From Botryllus schlosseri (Eukaryota): 64,000 nucleotides of DNA. The stretch covers positions 1,738,001-1,802,000 of the forward strand of contig CM119371.1 of NCBI GenBank assembly GCA_051294905.1, written 5' to 3'. Below the pieces are notes generated by a model. The model was given only the letters and a program-made list of their open reading frames with translations. It ran no database searches and was not told the DNA's origin. The translations under genes were made by a program, and so were the position numbers. Below, in pieces: positions 27,230 through 39,580 of the stretch. Within the stretch, counting starts at the first letter, position 1. Each line of letters begins with the position of its first letter.

Positions 27230-28169
27230 CTGAATATTGTTCACATGTGAAACTCGAGATCGTGCATTTTATCGATCATATACCACAGATTGTGACGTCA
27301 TATCACAGATACAGTGACGAAAGAAGCATCACAGATCATGATGTGTTTTACGTCATCGACACGGGTCATTGATTTTAACGGGTTTTTGTCAGTGGCGCCG
27401 TTTCGGGACATTTGCGACTCGATATCTCCGCTAACACTCGTTTATATGAGGTAAAAAGCATATAGGTGAGATCACGAGAACAAACTCTACTACTGAGACG
27501 AATACATTTTGGTCAATCTAGTTGCTCTTTAAAGCAAATCTTAAGCACCCAAAACCGTATTCCTGTATTTACACGAATTCACGAATGAATTTCGTCTTAT
27601 GCCGAACGCAAAATTGGAAAGTTTGCTATTGTGAGCATGTAACTCAGAAATATTTCATGGACATCATATTGACTCCTATATTACAAGGGAAACAAAACGT
27701 TGCAGTCCAAAACGCTGTTATGTTCAGTAAAAACTTTTTTGATGCGCACTTTGTTGATAAGGACTGGTATTTATCTGTTGCGTACCGACAATGTCCACAT
27801 GCACACTCCAGAATAGTGGCGGTGCTAACAATGTTACTTGTTACTCACGCAGTGCATTTTTTAGCGGCACGCGGCGTTTGATTGTGTAAATGGGACATAA
27901 TTTGTCAAAATATTGATGCACAACTTGATCGCCGCCAGACTGACGAGTATCGATCACACCAATACCAAATTTCATTACATTACATTCATTCTCAATTCAG
28001 TAAAAAGTGGACTATTGTTAACGAAATCAGCGCTCTTATTGTTGTCACTACGCTACATGATCCCCTATTTCACCAAATTCGATTATATAGCTCAATATTA
28101 ATGACAAAGTGCGGATAATAAAACATCATACTACTGGGTATAAATATTGTACGGCTTTGGAATGAAAAC

Positions 28170-29039
28170 AGAGTAAAACTGGTTATTTTTTTTTTTAATT
28201 CACCGGCTATGTGATAAAATTGTTAGGTTGGTTGAAACAACGCTGTAAACCAAATTTGGCTTCAAGTCCAACAAGTAAAACCAAGATTTTTGCTGTAGAA
28301 AGTTTTGAATTTATAATTAAAAAAAAATTCAAGAGTGTTTTTTTTTTCAATCCAATAAAATTGTTAGGCAATGAGTAGAGATGATGTATAACAATTCTGG
28401 CTCAATTCCAACCGCTAGGAGCGAAGTTATTGCCGTGGTAAAATTTCCAATTCCATGATTTTATAGGAAATAATTATAGCTTTCAATACAACATCCATTG
28501 TAATACAATATTTAAACTCAAATACTGTTCGGCACACTAAAGGGATTTAAAAGGATTTAGAAGCAAAAGCAAATCCGTTCAACTCCCTTCAGTGTTCCAT
28601 TAACTCTTGAAAGAGGCAACAAAAAAAAATCTCCGAGTTTACTAAATATTCTACTAGAATGGATTTTCTATTGAAAGTTATATTCAAGTTCTGTACCACG
28701 AATCAGCTATTTGAATAACTAATTAAAGAGCTAGCTACCGTAAAATTATTTTATTCGAATCCAAATTTTTTCTACCGCAATAACTTCGCTTCTAGTGGTT
28801 GGAATTGAGCCACATTTGGTGTGCATCGTTTCTACTGACAGCCCAACAATTTCACGTTGTTGACAGAAAAATTTTATAATTTAATTTTTTAATGATAAAT
28901 CCAAAATTTTCTACTGCAAGAAAATCGCTTCTACTGGTTGCAATTGACCCACAGTTGGCGTGCAACGTTATGGTTGGTTGCCAGCCTAACAATTTTATAA
29001 CATAGCCGAAGAAATCTGAAGGTTATTTGAACAGCCCTG
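28170..29039. mobile_element. Degenerate palindromic MITE (AGGGCTGTTC family)
   Basis: Right end ttgaacagccctg, inverted arms around a centre near 28560. End resembles 60261 and 38993. Confidence 0.6.
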
Positions 29040-29183
29040 ATGCAGAGAATGTATGTATAATGCTTTCTATCACGGCTATGACGTCACCAATCACGTGCGA
29101 TTGTTACGTCTCAAGTCTCCGCATACCCACATAAAATTATAGTGGCTTGTTAGTACACAACTAAATCATAGAATCGATCTCAC

Positions 29184-29288
29184 TTCCCAATCCAATTTTC
29201 CTGATAGCGATTCAATCCGACGATGTCCGAGAAGTGAACGTAGAGCTGTTGCTGACAATTTATTGACACGCAAATCCACTTCCTTCAC
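29184..29288 (-). CDS. NLR gene LRR exon (VKEVDLRVNKLSATALRSLLGHRRIESLSGKLDWE)
   Basis: cattccag acceptor, gtgaga donor, 105 nt, phase 0-0, LxxLxLxxNxL-type motif. Confidence 0.8.
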
Positions 29289-29589
29289 CTGGAATGATGA
29301 ATGAAATGCGAATACAATGTCTGCCAATATCATGTCAAACTAACAAAGCTTTGCACAGACTTAACCAGGGCATATTTTGGAAGCTGAGTATGTTCAACAT
29401 CATTGGGATCCCCATAATAAAGGCAAACGACCCTAGGTTTAGCGCCACGGTCTTTTACTAATCCACTCAAACGGCTTCAATGAATTCTAGGAATACACCG
29501 TACTCTATTATTGAGATTGCGATTTGATTTCAGTGAATGATGGCTAATTTTATTCACTTTCGACATCATTTTTGCGAGCGAGGCGGCCA

Positions 29590-31308
29590 CAGTAGGATCA
29601 ACTGCAATTTGTAATTGAGCTGCATGTAATTAATTATATTTTCTCATATTATTTTATTTTTCATTGAAGCATTTCTATTCTGTGTAATTGTAATTGTAAT
29701 TTGATGAAAATTTTACTAATTACAATTTCAATTGCATTGTTATTGAAACCTGACAATCACAACATAAAATAATTAGCCCATTAACATGGGTGTTCTATGC
29801 GTACCTCGTTAACTAATTCAGCCATACTAAACTGTTTCCCATAGGCCAACTTCAGCTCCAACAGAAAACTTGGTGAATATATGCTATCAAACAAAATCCT
29901 ACTATTTCATAAATGGACGAAAAGCAAATAAACTCTTCTGTAACATGTGCTGAACCATTTCCCACACCACGGACAGTTTTTTTTTTACAATCTCTTTCCA
30001 GAACTGAGGCTTGCTACAGCAATTGCAAAAAGAAATTCAAGTTTTCAACCAAGACTTCATCACGCTAGATCACACATTTGTAGAGATGTTATCCCAATCT
30101 TACCTCCTATCTTAGCTTAATTTACTGGGGCCAGAACCTTTCCGCATCCTAATGTTCATTAAATGCAGTCGACAGTTTTGAGCAAGTGAAAACGTAACTG
30201 CGAACCAAACTTATGTAGTTGGTAGTTATCAGGAGCTTCTTTACTTTTGCATTTATTTTAATTTGACACACCTTATCGGTATCATCCTTATTGTCTTACC
30301 AATTACATTTGATTAACCTTACTCAGCTCTGAGTATTCGTTTGAGTACGGTACATTTCATTGACTGTCTTGTATCCTATCCGCTATTAGTCGTTTCCAGT
30401 CGCTCGAACTTTTGATTGTTAGTAGTCGCTCATAAAAATTTTCTTTTTTTGTATTTTTCAGAGCTAATGACTAGAAATACTTCGAATATGTTCAAGTTTG
30501 TTTTTTCTAATTAAAGGGTATTCTACGTAGTACGAATCATGAATGAAACACGAATAGCTTGAGATTGTTGCTAAATACGTCGCTACAGTTGTCAAAGAGC
30601 GCCTATCTAGCGAATCAGTCAGACTTTTACCAGTAATTGTAATTATAATTGTACTTACTTACATGTTTAACAGTAATTGCAATTGTAGTCAAGGTTCCAA
30701 AGACTTGAGTCACGGTTTTCTGATGACTCGCAAAATTCGGAAATGATTTGATTCGACTCAACTCGAGTCAATCTGTGTATTGACACGACTTGGACTCGAG
30801 TCATTACGCATGACTCAAGACTCAGACGGCCAAGATCGGTATCTCATTGTAATTTCAAAGAATAGTAAAGTGACCACACTATTGAGATTTCGTTTAAAAA
30901 TGCGACCAGAAACTGCTACAAGTGAGGAAAATTAATATATTATGAATGCGAACCATTCGATATCAACAAACTGGGTTATAATAAGTGGGTGTAACAAGAC
31001 TTTAACTGGAAGCTGAGCCGTCAACACAATGACTTGGACTCGAGTCATAATACCATGCCTCGGAATCCACCCTCTGATCGCTGACTTAAAACCGGTGGTG
31101 AGTTGAAAATTACTCGACTTGACTCGAGTCAAAACTATGAAAATTAGATTAACTTGTTACTCGAAGCCTTCGTGACTAGGTTACAACCCTGATTGTAGTT
31201 GTAATTTGATATTTTAGCATAGAGTAGTTTAATTAAATTGTAATTAAAACATGCAATAAAGCAATTGTAATTAAAATTGAATTGAATTAATGTAATTGAT
31301 CCAACTTT
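29590..31308. mobile_element. Non-autonomous element with (TAATTG)n subterminal arrays
   Basis: ggatcaactgcaatttgtaattg near the left end, atgtaattgatccaac near the right. No clear TSD read. Confidence 0.55.
30690..31191. mobile_element. hAT-like MITE (GACTCGAGTC family)
   Basis: caaggtt / aaccctg termini, 8-bp TSD ATTGTAGT. Internal sequence shared in inverse orientation with 37419-38362. Confidence 0.85.
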
Positions 31309-33232
31309 AGAGGTTGCCCTATATTAAAATTAATACACAGTGTACTAAATTGCGCGTAGCGCCAAGAAAAAATTTCAGTAGCATAAATCTGCTATTATTG
31401 TTTATGTTTATTTGGAAAAGATTTTGACTGTACTTCAGGCCTTCAAAATTACGGACTTTGATGCATATATTAAAATTCCCTTCCAGACACATCGTGAACA
31501 GTGAAATTCCGAACATGTCCCGGAAAATCCAGACGTATGGCAATCCCAATAACTTACAATCATCCGTGCGCACTTTTTTCAACAAAAGCAATGTTATTGT
31601 GATGCAACGATGCGTTCAGAAAATACCCACACAGCACTGTCGCGAGGAAATTAGCCAAACTCCGACCCCGACTTCACAGCTCTGGTTACAACCCTGTCAT
31701 AATCCCGGCTCAAATTATCCCATGATCCATGTTATATCGGCGTTATTTTGATTATAGACATAGCATACAACGAGCGTAGGCTAACCACGATGAACAGATG
31801 AACAATAAACAGCCTCCAAAGTAAACGCAATTTATATACACCCCATAGTTTTAGTACACTGTAAATTCACAGCGTTGAATGAGACACAACATTGTGCATA
31901 GGTATATACAATATTTGGCTGACACATATTATCGGCTGAGATCTGACATCGAGAATCCGCCATGTTGTGTGCACGTCCACACATCATCAGTGAATGTCAT
32001 AAGATGTGGGTTAATGCTCATATGATGTGTCTATGAGCTAACATGCATATCAGTATAGTCATTCCGTAAAATTTCCTGTGGTGTCAAACATTCATACCGG
32101 ATATCAATTGAGAGGGAGTTTGAGAGGTCGCTTGCTAATCTTCACTCTGAAACTTCACGAGGTTACTATTGACGTGATATATCATCCCAGGCAGCCTAAA
32201 GCGCGGTAATATTGATACACGTCGAAAAGCCTCGCAAAATGTGATTTGATCGGTATGTCCTAAGTTATAGATTTTTCTTCAGGCTGCAGTGCTTAATTAA
32301 CAATATTATTACAGTTATATATAACCAAGATTGTAACCGACAGTGGTACCGGGCTTCAAGCAAATAGGTTGGTGATCAGATATTATGGTCGTGCTGTACC
32401 AATATCTGACTGACGACTCGCTGTCTTGAGGTTTGCTCTGATCTGACTTTACATACCTACGATAGTCACGTTAATCCTTATAGTTAATCGTTCGTTACTC
32501 ATTTCAGTTTATTATAAACAAATTATCAGATCAACATACTAAGAAATTGCGATAAAATAAAAGGTTGATCATATCATTTCCCTACCGAACTTACTGAAGA
32601 AATTTGTCATACAAATATGTATGAAACACCCCGACGTTGAACATTTTACTCGTATCGGGTACCGCTGTCATTGCCAACAGTATAGCAATCATTCAGTTAT
32701 TAGTAGTACCCTTTGTATTTTATCATCGATGAACTGTCTCTTCTTTACGCATGACTTACTGAGTCACGTGACTGTATGACGCAATCCTGAGACAATCGAT
32801 CGTTACCACGCAGGACCAGAGTGAGTGAGATATACCGTGAATCTGTCGGTCTTTGTTACGTGAATCTAAATAGCATATAGCAAGGGAATGGAGATGTTTT
32901 TAGTTCAAAACGGAATGGAGAGGGAGCACATTGATTTACTGCAAGGTAATTCGTTTATGTAAATTTTAACATCATCTGTAAATAATGTTATGGTAATGTT
33001 ATCGAGTTTCAAATACAGCACCAGCGGCCAGCGGTATGAGTAGATATAGATTACCTATTTTCGATCTAGCAGCTTAATGCGCCTTAAGAGCAGACCATGA
33101 AAATGGGAGCTAATGCTGTTTAATAATTTCATCTGAAGATATCATAATAGACTTGGTGATGAAACCTCATTTGCAGATGAAGTTATGTACATCTTTCTTT
33201 GCACTTGACCTGTTTCAATTACTTAATATGGT

Positions 33233-33502
33233 TTGGTAGAATGTCTGATGGAAAGTGTTGGTTGTGCCCTTTTATCGGACATACCGATTTGCTGTCTACA
33301 CATTTATTGTCACAGACAACATCCGAGTGTTATCATGTCATGCAGGATCTGTTGCACAGTGTATTCAAAATATGAAGATCTCTGTAGCTATTGTAAAAAG
33401 AGACACAAAAATATGAAGACACTGGACTTGTTTTGCTATGAAGCACCGTCTTCTCTTGACTATGACCTACTGCCCGAATCCTATCCGAATTCAATATATT
33501 AA
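33233..33502 (+). pseudogene. C2H2-like zinc-finger remnant, probably the EnSpm transposase N-terminus
   Basis: MSCRICCTVYSKYEDLCSYCKKRH inside the CACTA-like element. Confidence 0.4.
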
Positions 33503-35383
33503 AGTGCATTCATGATCAAATGCTTTTCAGTATTACTTCTCGAAAAAGCTGTCGCAAAAGTTGAGGAATCTCAGACAAAAGACAAAGGCATCTGGTACGT
33601 CTTCATGGAGAGCGCATGCTTTGTGTCCAGGCTCATCAGGTGATTGGGATGATTGTTATTCTTTTTTTTTATAATTTATAAGTTTCATGTTATTCAAAAG
33701 GTCACCCTAATATAACGATTGAAGATGCCAGGGTGCAGTTGGAAACAGAGTTCAACAGAACTGGCGCCAATTGGCTGAATGTCATCACTCTCATGAAGTA
33801 CACTCATCACAACAGACGTAATCAGTAGAAGGTGCTAGAATTTGGTGGCGTTGCTGAAATTTTGAAGAGCTTTCCAATGCTGCAAGATATTAGACCGGTG
33901 AGTTCTTTCGTTCCTTACAGATGACTACAATTTGCAGTCATAATCTCGAAAATCAGTAAAATGAAATTGTTTGTGTGCCTCGGCAAATTAAGCAATTATA
34001 TTGCCTATGTATCTTCCTATTGCATTAATATACACTGTTTTCCTATTACACAACATGTGTACAGTGTACACTGTACCAGGCTTGGACAACGAGTAGATTT
34101 TCAGCTCTTCCAAATTGAATTAGATTAGAATTAAAGCTCAGTTTTTTCCAAATTAGATTACAATTAGTATTACTCAATTTGCAAAAACTTGAAACTTGAC
34201 AGAAATTATGAATGACAAGGGAATCCAGCCAAATTCAAGCTTAGTTTATAGGAACGAGCATGAGATTGGTTAGCGTCTGTGCACCATAGCTGAAAAGTTG
34301 GACGTGATGTTGCACGAGACGGATATTTTTGTTAGCTCACTACCAAATACCATAGTCAATTAGGCATTTTCAGAAGAACTACGAATATGATCAGAATTCA
34401 AAGAATATGGAAACATTCAACTAATTGGGTTAGAATTAGATTGCTGAGCTTTCGTGATACCATGTGCTAAAAATAATTCAATTATTGTGATGATTAAATA
34501 AAGAAAATCTAATTATGTTCATATCAAGATGAGTTAGTGAATAACTATGTATTTTAAAATAAATAATATGGATGAATTTACTTACTCTAACTAACCTGTT
34601 TAAGTGCTATGCATATTCATGACCAACAGCTCTGAGTAACGCGTTGTTATTCCCAATAGATCAGACATGAGTTTCAACTGCTTGTTGATAGAAGTGTTGA
34701 AGAAATGCATGTGAAGTACATGGAAATGCTTCTCACTCTTGATAAAGTTTTTGGAGAGCAGACTGATCAAGAGGTTTGTATTATGTTCGATAATTAACAG
34801 TGCTACAGTCATAGGCGCCGACTTTTATTTTTGCATGGAGTGGCGGCAGAAGCGTAGCCAGGGGGTGTCGAAATCCCTCTTTTTGAAACGCAAAACAACG
34901 ATCTTTTGAAATGACCATTCTGACTCTAATATTCAGTTGCGATTCAACAAGTCGTATTATCGGTGTTACACGGGGCGGCGACCAATTAGCGATATTCGTC
35001 TGTGCACGCATATCGCACGATGCTACGCGACACGATTTCCCGCTGAAATATTTTAAACGCGGCTTGCGGCCCTCATTGATGCAAATAATGCACTTTAATT
35101 TGTAGGTGTATTTGTTCGTCAAATCGCGATAGGAGATGGTGTTTCTTAGAGCGCGCGATGAAATCTATGTTTCTAGCGATGAGGTCGAATTTGTACATCT
35201 AATAAGGAAATCAGCATAGAATGTTGTCGTTCAAACTAATCGAATAAATTAAGAATCTGCGCCATCGAGAATCTCGTGTTGCATCAATTTTTGACAACGT
35301 AATTCAACCCCGTGTACTGCACAATGCGCAGTATTAATAACAAATCAAACACTGACAAGTGACACCGAGGGAATACGAGTGTA

Positions 35384-35760
35384 TAATAATAATAATAATA
35401 ATAATAATATAATAATTTATAGAGCGCCGAATATAACAATATGTCATTACTACACTAGGGCGCTGTACATAAAAGGCAATAAAATATAAAAGTAAACGAT
35501 ATGTATAAAAGACGAAGTGCATAGTTGTAGGGCGGAAAGAACACTACTCTAGTTCGAACGCTCGTGTGAATAAAACGGTCTTGATTTTGCGTTTGAAAAC
35601 ATATAGCGAGTCACATAGTCTGATAGAAATTGGAAGATTGTTCCACAGAATGGCGGCCGAGGAAGAAAAGGTTCTCACACCGTAGGTCGATGTTCTAACT
35701 CTTGGAACTGACAAGAGCATTTGGGACTGAGAACGTAGCGCTCTTCCGGGAGCAGACAAG
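35384..35760 (-). mobile_element. L2/CR1-clade LINE 3' end, 5'-truncated
   Basis: ORF2 C-terminus LRS..LLSVPRVRTSTYGVRTFSSSAAILWNNLP..IR..SLYVFKRKIKTVLF, followed by a (TAT)n tail. Confidence 0.9.
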
Positions 35761-36842
35761 AATTAGAAGTCTTCAGATGATAGCAAACTAGATAGCACGC
35801 ATCTAATCAGTAATAAGTAATCACAACTTGCGTACAGCGCCAATGCCCAAACTTGCCTTTATCTGAAATGGAATGTGATGGCTGGAATAGAAACTTTTGA
35901 ATTGCAGGAATGTTCCTCACCTGTCTATTGTGGTTCTTATTAGTCCTTCACCTGTCTATTATGATTCTAATTGTTTGCAGGGAAATGAAGACGATAAAAT
36001 TCATATCCGGCTTGAACTGCAGAAGGCTCTCGAATAGACAAGAAAATAAAGTCGAACCATGGTTTGAGTGCGATATGTCTTTGTCAGGTAAGATTTGCTA
36101 CCAGTCTAGTATGGATCTGCTTCAGTTTAGATATACATAGAAGTTCTATAAAATAGAATCCTTATATATGATCAAAATTCTTGAGCCGTCCAAAACGAAG
36201 GTATATTTTGCTATGCTAAACACTGCGCTCGACGTAATGGAGCTGCAAAATTTCGTATATAGACCAACTGACGTGGCTGCGCGTCATCGATTCTTAACCC
36301 GTTGCGAAAATATGCGATGGTGAAGTTAACGCACTAAAAACGCGGAAGCTCGAGCGTAAAGGGTCTTATGCAAAATTCATTTAATTTATGTTCATCATAT
36401 TTTGGAATCGGGAAAGGAGGATTTTCACACTAACAGTACTGGAGTTGCCAAAAAGGAAGACATATGGGCGTCCTAGGACGACAATTTCAAAAACCTGAAA
36501 AAGGAGGACAAATCCTCCTAAAGGACGTCGTATGTTAGCCCTAATTTAATTGCAGCACCATTACGGTGGCTTTCTGAAGACAATGTCTGCGGCAAATCTT
36601 TTTCGACCTGCGAGTTGATTTGAGACCACTACCTTTTTATAGCGCAGTGCCCCTCTAAGATTAAGCAGCTAACAAGTTATGATCGAACGAGGTCCGAGGT
36701 TTATTGGTACCCCTTAAAATTCTGATGATGTAGAGAAATTTATGCATATGAACACAATTGGTGCATCAATTAATGCTTTAATTTATAATAGAATAATTTA
36801 ACAACTTATAATCAATTTGCCCTTTGGAGCTAAGCTTGTTAA

Positions 36843-37370
36843 CGGTGCACTGCACTCTGAAAACTGTGTGGTCTCCAATTCAAGGGCGAAACGAGAAAAT
36901 TTTTCAGGCCGCAGCCATTTTCTTATGAACGCCACCGTAATGGAGCTGCAATTTATTGAATTTTCCACAGGGGAATCATACTCTAGCAGTCACGCAGAAA
37001 TCGAACTTTATATAGTTGTCAGCCGATGCTATGAAGGAAACATGTCGTACACGCCCTATGTCCCCAAAAAAAGAATACACTAGGCCCGATTTTGACATAA
37101 ATCTCCTGACTGAACATCTTCCGTTGAAGGCGGTATCTAAACCATCTTTACGTGTACGACATATTTCCTTCATAATAACATCGGCTGACAACGATATAAA
37201 GTTCGATTTCTGCGTGACTGCTGTTGATGGAGCATGATTCTGATGTGGAAAATTCAATAAAATGCAGCTTCTTTACGGTGGCATTCTGAAGAAAATGGCT
37301 GCAGCCTAAAAAAATTTCTCGTTTCGCCCTTCAATTTGAGACGACATGATTTTTAGAGTGCAGTGCCCCT
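36843..37370. mobile_element. Palindromic Kolobok-like MITE
   Basis: TTAA on both sides, TIR (A/C)GG(G/T)GCACTGCACTCT, fold-back over its whole length. Partial relative at about 36220-36655. Confidence 0.8.
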
Positions 37371-37418
37371 TTAAACTATTCGCCGATTCAACTACACTTA
37401 AATCTTTAGTATGAGAAG

Positions 37419-38362
37419 CAGTGTCGTATCCAAGTCACAAGGCTCCGAGTCACAACTCAATCTCGCTTTTTATAGGATTGACTCAAGTCAAGTCGAGTCA
37501 TTTTCAATTCACCACCCAGTCAAGTCCAAGTCAACAAGTAGAGGTTCGAGTCCGATTCATGGTGTTATGCCTAGAGCCCGACCGATTATCGGTTCGCCGA
37601 TAATATCGAGTCGATGTTTCGCTTTGAAAGAATTATCGGTTTCGGCCATTGGAGCTGAAAAAATATCGGCTATTTTCGTGACGCCACAACATGAGGGTAG
37701 GAAGTCGATGAACTATAATTCTTGACCGCTAGACTGAGAATGTTGCTATATTTCGTATAGATTACACTTTCAAAGTGCCCAGATGCATCCTTTCTAGTCT
37801 ATTTCATGGTCAAGTATGACAGTGGCTGTAAAGTTGTTCAAATAAATGCTCTGAAGTTTTGAAAATGCGCCTTTTAAGGTAGATTCTCCTTATTTGAATA
37901 TCGGCTGAATATATCGGTGAAGATGTTAGATATCGGTATCGGCTCCAAATCCAATATCGGTCGGGCTCTAGTTATGACTCGAGTCCAAGTCATTTTGTTG
38001 ACTGCTCAAGTTTCCAGTTGAAGTCCTGTTAAACCCACTTTTTATGACTGTTTGTTGATATCGAATGGTTCGCATTTATAATACACTAATTTTCCTTACT
38101 TTTTAGTAGTTTCTGGTAGTATTTTAAAGTGCCAGCACCAATAGAAGAAATGCCAATAGTGTGGTTATTTTAGTATTCTTCAAAATTACGATGAAATGTC
38201 TTTCTTGGCCATCTGAGTCTCGAGTCATATGACTTCCTTCGAGTCATGCGTAATGACTCAAGTCGAGTCAATACACAGATTGTGTCGAATCGATTCATTT
38301 TTGTGTTTTGAGAAAATGACTCGAGTCATGAGAAAGTCATTACTCGAGTCATTACATCCCTG
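37419..38362. mobile_element. hAT-like MITE (GACTCGAGTC family)
   Basis: CAG...CTG termini, perfect 8-bp TSD ATGAGAAG. Confidence 0.85.
37572..37970. mobile_element. hAT MITE with ATATCGG arrays, nested
   Basis: TIR TAGAGCCCGACCGAT, TSD GTTATG(C/A)C. Confidence 0.88.
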
Positions 38363-39194
38363 ATGAGAAGTCTCCGATAAGCATTTCTAGCTGAAGTTGG
38401 TCAATGGTCATGTGCTCTGGATCTGCACGTGAATATTTAGCAAAATAATTAAAAGCCACATGTTGTTTTAATTCCAGGCACATACAGTCGATTTACCGAC
38501 TTCAAAGTTGACTCCTCCTCATCTTTTGATTGCACGTCATGAGAATCGAGATGAACAATCGTGGATGGCGGCCAATGGCATCGCCATCAAGCACAGATCC
38601 GAAAACCAAAGAAGACCGTTTGAGATGATAATTGATCTCCTAGCATGCTACTACTCATGGGATCTTAGTTATCCCAAGGTCTTTCAAATAATGCCATTCA
38701 TTCAACGTGTCCTTATTGGTGATAAAAATTCGGGATTTCAGTCCAACAAGTTTGTTATTCTTGGAAAAAATATCAAAATGCCCAGAAATCGATTGAAAAA
38801 ATGTAGGTTAATTAATCTCCCTTGCTCCAAGTACTTGTGCTGTGAGTACTGCTTTCGTTTGGTATAGAATGTACCTGTACATAGTGGATTTTGTTATTTT
38901 TTGCATTTGCAAAATAATTTGTCTTTTTTGTGGCTAGACTTTTGCTATGCTTTCAATTAGTAAACTTTTCGTTGTTAGTGGCACTGTACATTAGGGCTGT
39001 TCCAAAATAACATACTGTTGAGCCAAAACTGGTTTACTATGGTTTTTTGGCAATTCAATCAATCATTTGATCATGAAACTAGTCAATATGTGAGAAACAA
39101 TATTTATTGACGACATTACTGTACATACACCTTGCTTTCGTTCCGAATACAGTTCTTTTATACTGTTAATACTGTTGAATAGTATATTAATATT

Positions 39195-39580
39195 GAAATG
39201 AACCCGAATATTTTCGGTCGACACTCGCCAGCAAATCTAGTAGAGAATTGGAAAGAACATTGTATATCAACAATCGTATCACAAAGAGAAAGCATTCAAT
39301 CCCCTATTCCCAGCTGGTACACGAACTCCTGTTGACAGAGTTTCGGCTGGTGTATTTTATATCTTATCAAAATACACCAGCCGAAACTCTGTCAACAGAA
39401 GGAGTTCGTGTACCACCTGCATGGGAATAGTGCATTGAACGCTCACTAACTCGAAATTTCATGCTGGTGAAGGCATATTTTTAGATGCGATTGTTGATAT
39501 ACAATGTTCTTTCCAATTCTCCACTAGTTGCTGACGATTACATCTGACGAGTGTCATCAGAAAATATTTGGGTTCATTTA
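39195..39580. repeat. Palindromic MITE-like fold-back
   Basis: gagaattggaaagaacattgtatatcaacaatcg inverted at about 39490-39520; acgaactcct/gttgacagagtttcggctggtgtatttt inverted around centre about 39362. Confidence 0.75.

Larger units (their letters stand above)
33531..38800 (+). pseudogene. Spliced SAMD3-like accessory gene of the EnSpm element, pseudogenised
   Basis: Exon at about 33701-33897 encodes LMKYTHHNRRNQ*KVLEFGGVAEILKSFPML with an in-frame stop and a gtgagt donor. Exon from 38478 (attccag) encodes IIDLLACYYSWDLSYPKVFQIMPFIQRVLIG, resembling the recalled LFA.YY.FNL.YP..FIQ motif. Candidate middle exon at about 35981-36087. Confidence 0.7.
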
